From: Cycas panzhihuaensis
Taxonomy: Eukaryota; Plantae; Cycadophyta
Reading direction: 5' to 3'
NCBI GenBank assembly: GCA_023213395.1
Contig: CM041465.1
Location: 130,579,741-130,643,740, forward strand
DNA length: 64,000 nucleotides
Positions 39,238 through 51,198 of this stretch are shown one piece after another. A model generated the notes under the pieces. That model did not search any database. It was not told where the DNA came from and saw only the letters and a list, made by a program, of their open reading frames with translations. Numbering within the stretch: the first letter of the stretch is position 1; each line of letters starts with the position of its first letter. Made by a program: the position numbers and the translations under genes.

Positions 39238-42200
39238 TGTAAAAATCCCAGGATGCAAGAAAGATGAAAATGATCTTTATTGCTTGATGCTATAAGAATG
39301 AATAGTACAAGTATTTAAAGAGGATACACGAAATGCATGACTGACAAGTGTTAAATGTACTAGACAAGTGTAACAACTTTCTAGAAAAAAGAGATACTAT
39401 GGTACTAATGTTACAATGAATGAACTTTATTTCTAACATGCCCACATAATTTTTACTCTCTGTCCCTTAACCCAATTTTCTTTTTAAATTACAAGAATTT
39501 ATCTTTCCATAGTGATTTGGTGAAGATGTTTACTGGTTCCTCCTCATTAGGGTAATAAATCAACTGTCTCCTTGTTTAATACCTTTTCCTAAATGTAGTG
39601 ATGATGGACCTTTATATGTTTGGTTCTAGCATGAAAGACTAGATTCTTATTGAGCTTGATGGCATTCTGATTGTTGTAGAAGATTGTTGTGGGTTGTTGT
39701 TGAGGTTGTTTAAGATCTAATAGGAGCCTTTGAAGTCATATGACTTCACAAGTGGTGCTAATTACTGCTTTACATTCAACTTCAGTGGATGATAGGGCAA
39801 TTGTCTATTGCTTCTTTCTACTCCAAGAAATCATTCCTAAACCTAAACTAAAACAATACCCAGAAGAGGATTTCTATTCATTAGCTTCTCTTGCCCAGTC
39901 TGAGCCTATGTAGCCTACTAATTCAAGTTTTTCATTTCTTGAATATTCTATACCAAGATTGATTTTTCCTTTGACATATCTTAGTATCATTTTTGTAGCT
40001 TGCCAATGGGATTCCTTTGGTGATGCCATGAATTTGGAGATCAACCTTACTGCAAAGACAAGATTTGGTCGTCTTGTAGCCAAGTATATATGATTGCCAA
40101 CTAATTTCCTATACATAGTTGCATCCATTGGGTTCCCTGCTTCATCAATTATGATTTTGTTCCCAGTTTCCATTGGTTCTTGTAGAATTTTCTTTGCATA
40201 TTTTGACTAGGACAAAAATATGCTCGTTGCTCTTTGATTAACTTCTACTCCCAAATAAAAATGCAAAAGGCCCATATCTACCATCTCAAAGGAGTCACTC
40301 AACTTGTTTTTGGTGGACTAAATGTTTTCTTCATCACTTCATGTAAGAATGAGGTCATCCACATATACAACAAGTATGTTAGGTTTCCCTTGCCTAATTT
40401 GATGTATAGGCTAGGATCTAAGTTGCTCTTGATGAATCCTTCTTGTTTAAGATGATGACCAATTTTTGCATTCCATGATTGTAGGGCTTGTTTTAGCTTG
40501 TATTGGGCTTTCTTGAGTCTACAGACTAGGTGCTCTTTTTTGGAATATGTGATATCATCACATATCTAATGTTGAATGTAAAGTTGATGAGCCAGTTGAA
40601 CTAGTAATTGAGCTAGTTATAGAGTCAGCATGAGCCAATATAGGAGCAAGTCTAAGGTGTGCTTTGATAAGCCAAAAGCTTATTATGCCAGTAACATGTG
40701 ACCGAGATTCAGGGGCAAGATAAAGTTGATTTAGAGCCGCATACAGATGATGATAAAGTTGCATCAAGATGATGGCAACAAGACTAATTATATGTTGATT
40801 GTTGAATTTATTGTGGACATGTATTTTAAGCGTGTAGGCACCAGTATTCTATAGAACAGGTAGGTTTAAACAAGTCCACCGAATATGATAAAGGTGAAGA
40901 AGATGTTGTTGCCAATTGTATTCACTGATGCAAACTGACCCCTTGCAAGCATGACTAAGATTTTGTGAAACCGGTCATTTTACCAAATCATAACTAGCAA
41001 TAGGAAGATTACACAAGTATTATTGATAGCATCTCTCTTACCTAGTTTTCGATTAAGGAATTTTTTGTCCACTTTAACTTGTGGATTTTCTTCTAGTCAA
41101 TAGTATTTTTACAGCAATTTGCTATTGAGAGATGTGCAAGAAGATGACACAGGATGTTATGTGAAGAAAGCCAATAACTCCATCAGTAAGTAAAACAGGC
41201 AGCAAGTCTATGCCAATGAAATGTGGCATGAGTTTGATACAAGAAGCAGCATTGTGACAAGTATGACAAGTATTTGATAGCATCTTATGCGGCAAATTAA
41301 TAAGGTATGTGTGGCGGCAAAATAAGATAGGTATGAGGCATGTTGGTAGCAAAAGTTTAACAGGTATGCATGTTGCATTAAATGAAATAATATCGCGGTG
41401 ACATAATTATGGTTTATAAAGGGCTACCTAGTGTTTGAGTGACTATGGCATATTGTGTGGAGATCTTGATATTATTGTGGCATGTTTACAAAGACAAATT
41501 TAAAGTGATTGACAAGTATGGGCAACAATTATTTGTGGTGGCAAACAAAGATTGACAAGTATGATATGAGTGTTAAGAACAATAAAATTAGGGCATAAAA
41601 TATTTTTATGGTGAATATTGGCCATAAAACTAGAGTTTTCATGAAGATTATAAAGATGCAGAATTCCTTTTATATGGGCAAGAAAATCTATTGTTGAAGC
41701 AACAAATATTGAATATTATGACACTCCATTTACATGTAAACCCTTTGTTTGTGATTGAGAAACTTTACGGCCCTGTTCATCCTACGTTGCTTATCATCTG
41801 TGGATCCATGCATTGCCCTGCTCATGTGACCCTGCACTCTGTTTGCCATCAAAGTTTGAAGTGAAAAGTCTGCTCGCCATTGTGCCCTAGTGTGAATAAC
41901 CCATTCGTGACCTATATTCTGTCCACATACATAGTCTACGGGCCTATGTTCATGGTTGTATGGCATTGTGACGCTTGTACATCACTTGTGCATTCCATGG
42001 CTAGCAACACTATGAAGAGATCGTAGACCTCCCACCATGTGGTGCCCACTGCTCTGTCGTCTGCGTGGAGAAGTTCTGCCTGTTGCAGATCTCGTGTTGC
42101 CTACGTGAAGAGCCTCATTCAAAGCCATCATTCAATCAAATCTATAGGTTTACATAGTGATTCGATCTAATTTTCAATCCACACAGTTGAATCAAATAGC

Positions 42201-45200
42201 CCATTGACCATTGACCACACGTGCAGGGTCAAAATTTTGACATACATAAAAAATAGATTTGTAATGCTGAGGAAAATTTTAACTATTTTTTATAATAATT
42301 TGGATTCTGTTAAAGTGGCAAACTTGAAAATTCGATAAGCTAGATTTTTTTTTTTTTGCATTGTCAAAATTGGATTTAATCAAATAGTATAAATTTTAGA
42401 ATCTGCCAACCCCCTAAACTTCTAGCAGTTGATCACATGGAGGATGTAACACAACCAATGGCCCGCTCAAAAAGGGGCTAAATTGATTTTCTAAAGGACT
42501 ACACAACTTTTCATGACATAGTGATAGTTTTTCGAGCATAGCTTTTCATCCAAGAATCTATTTTTTGAGTCGTTAATTACATTGGAAAGAGAATTTTGAG
42601 ACGGTTGAAACAAGTGGTTGCAATATTTCAGAGATCATAACATAAAGATTTTAATGGGTAAAGTTAAGCAAAGTGGTTTTCACTTCATAAAAGATACATT
42701 TTTTGAGATATGTTTTGACATTTATTGACGATTTTAAAGGCTTTAAATCACACAATGATGCGTATTGATGATTGTTAAAGCAAGAACAAGCAAGTTTCAT
42801 TTAAAATTGATCAAATATAGGCTCATTAATAATATTTGAAGGCTCAAAACTGATGAAAAGTTAAAGATGTGGGACATATTTGATGAAAATTATTGTGGGT
42901 ATCTTGATAGTTATGCTAGACATGATTAAAATCCCCCTTGACAATTTACACATTTGATTTAGTGGTGTACAACACTAATCAAATGCCATAATAACCTAAT
43001 TTATTATTGCTTACATGATGATGACACCGCTTGATTTTATTGATGAAGGGCGCAATTTGTTTGTAGTTGTTTGTTGGAGAGATAAGTTGATGTTACTTCC
43101 AACTGTTTATGAGACATGGAGAAGAAGTCTTATGTATTTATACTTGGCACTAAAATTAGTTGTTGAGGAGTCCAGTTGATATCAGATATGTGTTTGTCAG
43201 TGAGAAATCTGACTTACGATGTATAACAAGAGACATGGAAACACACTATTTACTTTACCTTGTTATAGCTAACTTGAGTTGGCCAGGTGGTACGCCCTAT
43301 TTCTAAAGTTAGTATGTTTAGATTATTGATGTTGATGTTGATGATATTTTATTGGTTGCCAAAAAAAAGTTGTAAAAGAGGTGTGCAGAAGCATCAATGA
43401 AGGTAGCACACAAGTTTTTTGCTTGTATGCAAGAGGCAAGATGAATAAGGCTATTCTTATACAACACATAGATTGTGTTGTTATTCTCGTATGCAAGAGA
43501 GAAAATTTTATGCTACTCTTGTAACAATATTTTGCCTAACAACTAGTGTTGTTTTATTTGTTGATAAACCACGTACAAGAAACACACCCTAGAAAACTAG
43601 GGACTACAGCGGTTGGTAACCCATGTATTTTGGTAAATGGTTGTTGTTTTACATGGACATCAGCAATCATTTTTATTTACGAGATTTTGTTGAGATGACA
43701 GATTGATAGTATTGATATTAATAACAGCTTTATAGGTGAAGATATGAAGTTGTTGAGGAGAACACTTTATATAAACATGACAAGTGAAAGTCATAAAATT
43801 GAGATTGGTTGTTTGGTTGATTGATGATTGGTTTACAAGTATTTTATAAATGGTCGATCATAGTCAGTCATTGATAATCATAGTTGACTACAGATAGTTA
43901 TAAGTTAATTGTTTACAAGAGACAAGCATGACGTTGACAAAGTTATAAGTTATGGGTGATATAGCTTAATTCAATTTGATACAGGTTACAAGTTTACAAA
44001 TCCTAGCATATAGGAAAAGTATGAAGATTGAAGATTGAAGATTGATGATTGAAGATATTAAACATTAAGGGAGAGTGTTGGAATATGTGATATCATCACA
44101 TATTTAATGTTTAATGTAAAGTTATTGACCCACATAAAATCTCACTCACCAAAGGCATTCATAAATATGACAATGCATGATTATTCATGTAAACATCCTA
44201 TTGATGATGATGAGGCTCAAAAATATTATAGGCTATTCATGATGTGACATAATCTATAAATATGTACATGCACCATTTAAGAATTTATGAGAAGAAGAAT
44301 GGACTTGGAGATATAATTCATTTGATATCATAAAGAGGAGCTCCCAACTCCAACATTTTCCTGTGGTTTTTTCTACACTAAGTTTTCCACATATAAATTT
44401 GTTGTCTCTCTTGTAGTGCATGCATGTTCATTGATATTACTTTATGCTCATGATATTGCTTGATGCATTAATCATTATTACACGAATTGTGTACATATCC
44501 CCATGCTACATTATGATTCATTCTACATAATTGATATACTTTCGTTGTGATTATGAATACATTCCAATATGCTATCAGAGTGAAATTCTAAATTCTTACA
44601 CTCTTTTCCCTTTTTGGCATACCCTAGAGGTTCTTCTATGTATACCTCTTCCTCTAGTTCTCCACTCAGAAGAGCACTTTTTACGTCCATTTGGTATACC
44701 TTCCATCTTTGTTGTGCTATTAATGCCAAAATTGTTCTGATAGTGATTAGCTTGGCTACTAGGGCAAATGTTTCTTCAGAATCTAATCCTTTAGTTTGAG
44801 TGAAACCCTTAGCTACCAATTGGGCTTTGTACCTCTCAATGGGTCCATTTGATGTCTCCTTTTGGCTTTGTATATCCATTTACAACCTATAATAGGTTTG
44901 TCTTGAGGAGCTTTAACCAGATCCCAAGTATCATTCTTATGGATAGCTTGTAGTTCTTCCCACATGGCTTTTAACCACTTCCTATCTGTTTGTGCTTTTT
45001 CATAGGTTTGAGGTTCTGAATTGTAGATTAGAGCTTACCAAGATTTGTTCTTTTGTCTTCTTCCAATTCCCATTTCATCACTACTCTATATGCCAAAATC
45101 CTGCATTACTTTTAGGTACCATTTTGGCACCTTCTTGATGGGAGTGGACATCGCTTCTTCTTCAATGGGTTCTTCTGGAACTTCTTCCTTGATATGTCCT

Positions 45201-48200
45201 TCTGGAATTTCTTCTTTGTTGGATCTGGTTTGTCTTCTTCACTTTGTCTCTCTATGATTTAAGGGGATTCTGGCTCTAAATTTTGACCTTTTAAAGTCTT
45301 TCCTGCAGAAAGGTATATTTTTGCTAGCTTTCCTGGAGAAGATTCATCAAAGTTGACATCTTTGCTTGTAATTATTTTGTTGTATTTAAGGCCATTGCAT
45401 TTATGAGATTTTGACTTTTTACTGTATTCCATAAGCATTTATTATCTAACTTCTTCCATTTTTCTTTTGGAATATAAACATATAATGTGCTTCCAAAAGT
45501 TCTTAGATGACTTTTATTAGGCTTTTTACCTGAGCAAGCTTCCTTAGGCATTATTCCTTGCAAGGCCTTTATTGGACACTTGTTCAAAAGGTAACCAACT
45601 ATGTTTACAACTTCTGTTGAGTAGATGTTGGACACACTTATGCCTTGTAGCATGTTCCTAGCCATCTTAGTGATGGTCTTGTTTTTGCATTCTACTACTC
45701 CATTAGATTGAGGAGTATATGCCGTAGTGAGTTATCTTTTTATTCCATGAGTTTTGCAATATTCATAAAAATTATTAGAAGTGAATTCCCCTCCTTTGTT
45801 TGTCCTTAAGATTTTAATCCTCCTTTCACTTTCCTTTGCAACTTGAGCCTAAAAAACTATAAAACTCTCAAAAGCTTCAAATTTTTCTTTAATAAAATAG
45901 GCCCATGTCTTTCTTGAGTAGTCACGTATGAAAGTTAAGTAGTACCTAGCCCCTTCAACAGATAGAGGTCTCATCTATCCACATGTCATTGTGAATTAGG
46001 TCCAATTTGACATGAGATCTCCAAGAGAGCTCTTGAAATTTTGTTCTTTGTTGTTTCTCTCGCATGCAACCTTCACATATAGCTTTATTAACTAAAATTT
46101 TAGGAAGACCATTCACCATCTTTAATTATAAAAGCATGGCAAGATTCTCATAAGACAAGTGCTCATACCTTAAATGCCAAGTTTCATTATTGTCAACTTT
46201 ATCACTTACAAAAAGAGCTTGAGTAGTCAAGGTGGCTAGAAATTTGTAAAGACCATCTACCTCTACTACTACTTCTCCTATGACATTGTAGTACTGATTT
46301 TTATCTAGGATAAAATATTTCTCATCTTCAAACTCAACCTTGACATTTTTCTTAGTCATTTGGGATACAAACAACAAATTCTTTTTAAGTTCTAGTACAT
46401 GCAAAACATTCTCTACTTTCTTGACATCTCCATCTTTCATTTTTATAGGAACAATTCATGTGCCTTGGATAGAGTGAACAATGTTATCTTCAAGTTCCAC
46501 TGCAGCATTTGTTTCATATGTTTTAAGATTTTTGAGCTAGTCACGGTCAAGGGTCATATGGCAGGATGCTCTAGAATCAATGAACTAGTTGACCTTGGAG
46601 AGGACCTGAGATGATAATGTTGTAATGAAGGGTGATTTTTCAAGTTCATCCTCTCTTTTTTCGTTGTTGAAGTTTCTGGCACCTTTCTTTCCTCGTGCTA
46701 TGTTTATTCTCCTCATCTTGCAGCATCTGGCATAGTGTCTAGGTTTGCTACAATAGAAATAGGTGGTTTTTTTAGGCATGTTTTTTGGATTGTTGCTTCT
46801 TCTTTAGACTTAGTTTGGAGTGTTCTTTCCTTCCTACAGGTTAGCTCTATTTGATATTCTAGCTTTGGAAGCAAACACATTTTCTACCTCAGTTTCCTCT
46901 TCAAGCCTTTTCCTTTTTTTGTTCTTGATGCAAAATGTGATCACACAGAACTTCAAATTCTAATTTTTTAAGATCACCATAAAAGGTTAGAGTAGTCACA
47001 AAATTCTCAAAGAATTTTGGCAGTTTATTTAGAGTTAGTTGTACCAATTCTTCTTCGAAAAGTATTTCTCCTATTGTGGCAAGTTGCTCTCTTAGCCCTT
47101 TGATCCTTGTGATGAATGAAGATTCACTTTCGTTCTCCTTGATTTTTCCATGGTACAATTCATCTTTTAGTACAAAAATCCTAGCTATATTTTTTTACCA
47201 TAAAGGGAAGCTAGGGTTTCCCATGCTTCATTAGCTATGCTGGTAGATGTGACATGTGGGAGAATACAATAAAAAATAGAAAGAATAATGGTTATTGATG
47301 CATACTTGTCTTTCCCCTCATAGATTTCTGCCTTGGTAGGTCAATGGGCTTTGTAACTACTTTCTTTGTCTGATCCTAGGCTCCTTTGCAAATAAAATAC
47401 CTTTTATCTTGCCTTTCCATGCATTATAATTATAATCAATTAACTTATCTTATTTAGGCAAAGAGTATATAGAGGCCATGGTGAAAAGGGAGCAAGAAAA
47501 TCATAAAACAAAGAGCGGGGACTAATCTGTATGGATTGTGCGGACTTGTATGGATGGTATGGACAATATAGAATTTAAAAAATATGAAAATTACGAAAAC
47601 TATTCCTCCATCATGTGTCATTCCAAATTTGTAACTATTTATAAAAATAAAGATGTATGAAGTGAGAAAATGCCTTCTGAGTGGGTGCTACAGTTTTATA
47701 CCCTCTATTACTTGCTTCTCCTTTTGTAGAGCTTGAAACCTTGCAAGACCAAATTCTTTTGGAAGGTATACTCTAGACAAAGAGATCTAGAGCAAAAGAT
47801 CTTTGCAAAAAGTTCTTTTTTTTTTTTAGCTGCAAAAACATAGAATGGCGATCAAAATCCTCTTTTCGCAGAAATGGAGTGCAAAATGTATTAAAAAAAA
47901 ATGAAAAAATTACATTTAAAGAGAGAAGACTTGGATGATTCTAAATATCAAAAAAAAAAAAAACAATTTCTTGAGAATTTTTATACCAATCTGTATAGTT
48001 ACAGAATCGTACATATGTATACAGTTCCGTACTATCTAGAAGGGATTAGAGTTGAAGCAACATTTGAAGTCTCTACTGTTGGTCTATCTAAGCTTTTCGA
48101 TTAATCTTGAAGCCTCCATGAATGATCCCTTCAAGATGCCCTAAATTCAAACTTGCTCTGATACCATGTAAAAATCCCAAGATGCAAGAAAGAGGAAAAT

Positions 48201-48358
48201 GATCTTTACTGCTTGATGATACAAGAATGAATAGTACAAGTATTTAAAGAGAATACATGAAATATATGAATGACAAGTGTCAAACATTCTAGACAAGTGT
48301 AACAACTTTCTTAAAAAAAGAGATACTATGTTACAATGAGTGAACATTATTTCTAACA
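39238..48358 (-). mobile_element. Full-length decayed Ty1/copia element I (same family as C; host of L)
   Basis: LTRs 39238-39438 and 48167-48358; TSD CAAAT/CAAAC; PBS TGGTATCAGAGC 48155-48166; gag/PR/INT/RT/RH ORF fragments at 39460-47480. Confidence 0.93.
40538..44600 (+). mobile_element. Non-coding LTR element L with atypical ends
   Basis: Perfect TSD CTCTT (40533-40537, 44601-44605); LTR start fragment 40538-~40594; PPT AAGGGAGAG then LTR 44076-44569, followed by PBS-like TGCTATCAGAGT. Confidence 0.85.
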
Positions 48359-50447
48359 CAAACTTCTACTCCAAGAAAGTAGTGTAGCAGTCCAAGATCT
48401 ATTATCTCAAATGTCTCCTTAAAATCATCCTTTAGGTTTTCAACATTTAAGGTAATTTTACTTGTTATAACTAAATCATCTGCATAGAAAATTATAAAGA
48501 TGATTGAATGATCACCTTGAATTTTGATGTATAGGTTTGGATCAATTGATGATCCTCCAAACCCGTTCTTCAAAAAATATTGATTGATTTTGGAATATCA
48601 AACTCTACAACCTGCTTCAAACCAAATAGAGCTTTTCTCTAGTGGCACCCAAGGTGTTCTTTTCCTTTTATAATGTATTTAAGTGGTTGCTCCATATAAA
48701 TCTCCTCTGTGAAATCTCCATTAAGGAAAGCACTTTCAATTTCAAGTTGGTGCAACTGCCATTTGAATCTTGCTACTTTTGTTAGAATAAGTCTTATTGT
48801 CACCGTTTGTGCTACTAGAGCAAATGTCTCCTGGTAATCAATGCCTTTTGTTACTACTCTAGCTTTGTATTTGTCGATTGAGCCATCAAACATGTATTTG
48901 GTCTTGTAAACCCATTTGCAACCAATTGCCTTCTTTCCTACTGGCAATTCAACCAAGTTCCAAGTTTTATTTTTCTTTGAACTTGGATTTCAACATTCAT
49001 ATCTGTTTTCCACTTTGCTCACGGTATGCCTTTTCAAAACTTGAAGGCTTATCTGCATCAAGCACATTTGCCATTAAAAAAAAATTACTAGATTAGGCTT
49101 CATCCTCAACTTTCGATTGCTTTTAGTCTTAGGTAAATGAGCATTTGCAGTGGATTTTAGACAGCATTTGAGGACAATATCAACACATCACAATATATAA
49201 TAATATATTACCATACCAAAAGCAAGGACTCAAAGGTGAGCCTTGATGATGTGTGATGATTATACACTACCTACCCCACACCCTATATACCAAAGGGAGG
49301 GAGACTAGAGTGTTTTGGTTGGTGGACCAACCTTAAGCTATGATTCTTCAAACTGAGCATCTTGACACTCCTCTTTCTCAACTTCAACTTTAGCTTTAGT
49401 CAAAATATTGGTTGGTTCTTGCTTGGTTTCTGGCTCAACAAACTGCTTCGAAGAACTTGACTTTAGTTGTTCTTCGATTTGCTTCCCTCTGTCTTGCTAG
49501 ATTTGCAAAGTATTTAGGCCAACTTCCTTATCACCTCCTTTAAAGATGATGTCATAACTTACATGAACTTTTTTTGTTTTTAAGTCAAGCACCTTGTATA
49601 CTTTGCTCTTCACTATACCCAATTAGGATACACTTGGAACTCTTGTCATCAATTTTTTCATGTTTCTCCTTTGGAATGAACATGTATGCAGTGCTTCCAA
49701 AGATTCTTAGATGGCCCACTATCGGCTTTCTACCCAATCAGGCTTTCTTCAGTATCATGTTCCAGATAGCCTTCGTGGAACTATGATTGGCCAAATAAGT
49801 TGCTATATAAGCAGTTTCTACCCAAAAAGACTAGGAAATTTTCTCTTTTTATCATCTACTTGGCATTTTTGACCAAAGTTCTATTTATTCTCTCAGCAAC
49901 TCCATTATGTTGATGTGTGTATGTTGTCAACTATTTGGTGATCCTCAGATTGTATAGTTGATTCTTTAAAATCATGATCCTTGCATCATTTTTAGTCTCA
50001 AATACAAACGTTATGGCATCCCATGCCTTTTTAGATGTGTTAGTCTTTTGCACATTTTCTACCAAATTCTCACTAATTATAAATTTGCCTTAATAAACTT
50101 AGGGAATGGAAAAAAAAAAAGATAAATTTCAAGAGGTGAAACATTTTATTCCTGAAAAATGAGAGCGAAATACATCGACATATTAATAAGGCCCAAAGCA
50201 AGACTGTTCTTCACTTCGTAGTTAGCTGTCACGTGGTTAGGGCCAGTTATAGCTGGTTCAGTCACCTTTCCTTCAACATACAGCCATAACCCATTTATTC
50301 TCAACAGATTCATCATTTGATGTTTCCATGTGCCATAGTTTTCAGCACCAACTTGTCTGTTTGGAAGTTAAACAAATTTCCACCCAACATATTTGCGAAA
50401 AATTAAACACACCAAAAAACACTGAAAAACATAGAGTGGGCATCACA

Positions 50448-50507
50448 CATAACTGAAAAGGTAAGCAATTATGTCTATTCCTTTCATGGTTTGAAACTAT
50501 ATGATTT
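50448..50507 (+). repeat. 60-bp copy of the MRI1 exon/intron junction at 52782-52841
   Basis: CATAACTGAAAAGGT..TATTCCTTTCATGGTTTGAAACTATATGATTT is shared, ~5 differences. Confidence 0.9.
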
Positions 50508-51055
50508 GGATCACCTGCAAATAGGAGATTTGTCAAGTCAGTCAAGACAGCTTGATTAAAGATGAATAGGTAACCATGGCAGGTTGTACAAAATAACATT
50601 TAAAAGTACTTGCTCAATACTAATGCTATTTTTTTTTTTCCTGAAGGAACTTCACAAACTGCACCATTATCTGATGTTCATGTCTGTTGACAAGTGCACA
50701 GATCTTTGTAACAATATACAGTATTGAGAATCATTGTTTTTACCTGCAAAAGTAAATGAAGACTATGGGCACAAAATCTGGTTTTGTTACTAAAGCTAGA
50801 TTTATAAACTCAGTTGTTGAGAAACATCCCAACCAGAAAATTTTGGCCATTGTAACTCAAGAAATGTGAGAAAAACATATTTGTTTCATGAGAACATGTA
50901 CCACTTTGATGAGAAATGCAGAATGGAAGTTCTGAGTTCAGTAAATGTGTTTTTGGCACTTAAAAAGTTTCATCATTTGTTTTACGTCTGACTTCTATGT
51001 TCCACCACTGAAAGGTCTCTTTCCTCATTTATCTTGTTCATTCACCTTTCTCCAG

Positions 51056-51198
51056 GCATATATTGAAGCTGCTGAAGGTATGCTTATAGATGATGTGGCT
51101 GCCAACAAAGCAATTGGCTCACATGGTGCGAAGCTTATTGTAAGCCAAAGCCAAAAGAGTCAAAAGCTTCATATTTTGACTCATTGCAACACGGGCAG
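51056..51198 (+). CDS. MRI1: MRI1 exon (AYIEAAE..LTHCNTG)
   Basis: ttctccag acceptor, GT donor. Confidence 0.92.

Larger units (their letters stand above)
38996..50440 (-). mobile_element. Ty1/copia element K (host of I), internally deleted, no LTRs. Pieces 38996-39237 and 48359-50440
   Basis: RT DLGLLHYFLGVEV|..ISQAKYAWKILKKFGMENCKP split by I; KKAIGCKWVYKTK; INT tail 49560-49950 fused directly to gag N-terminus (NYGTWKHQM..GLWLYVEG at ~50270-50345). Confidence 0.82.

Noticed and set aside
42845-42870. Hammerhead ribozyme core (CTGATGA..GAAA), i.e. a retrozyme
   Set aside because: No flanking helices seen here or at other CTGATGA sites, and none lie in LTRs; not exhaustively searched.
50508-50600. 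Inverted MRI1 intron/exon piece (minus strand TTTGCAG|GTGATCC)
   Set aside because: Only ~5 nt resemble the exon start, and the rest does not match intron 52346-52525.
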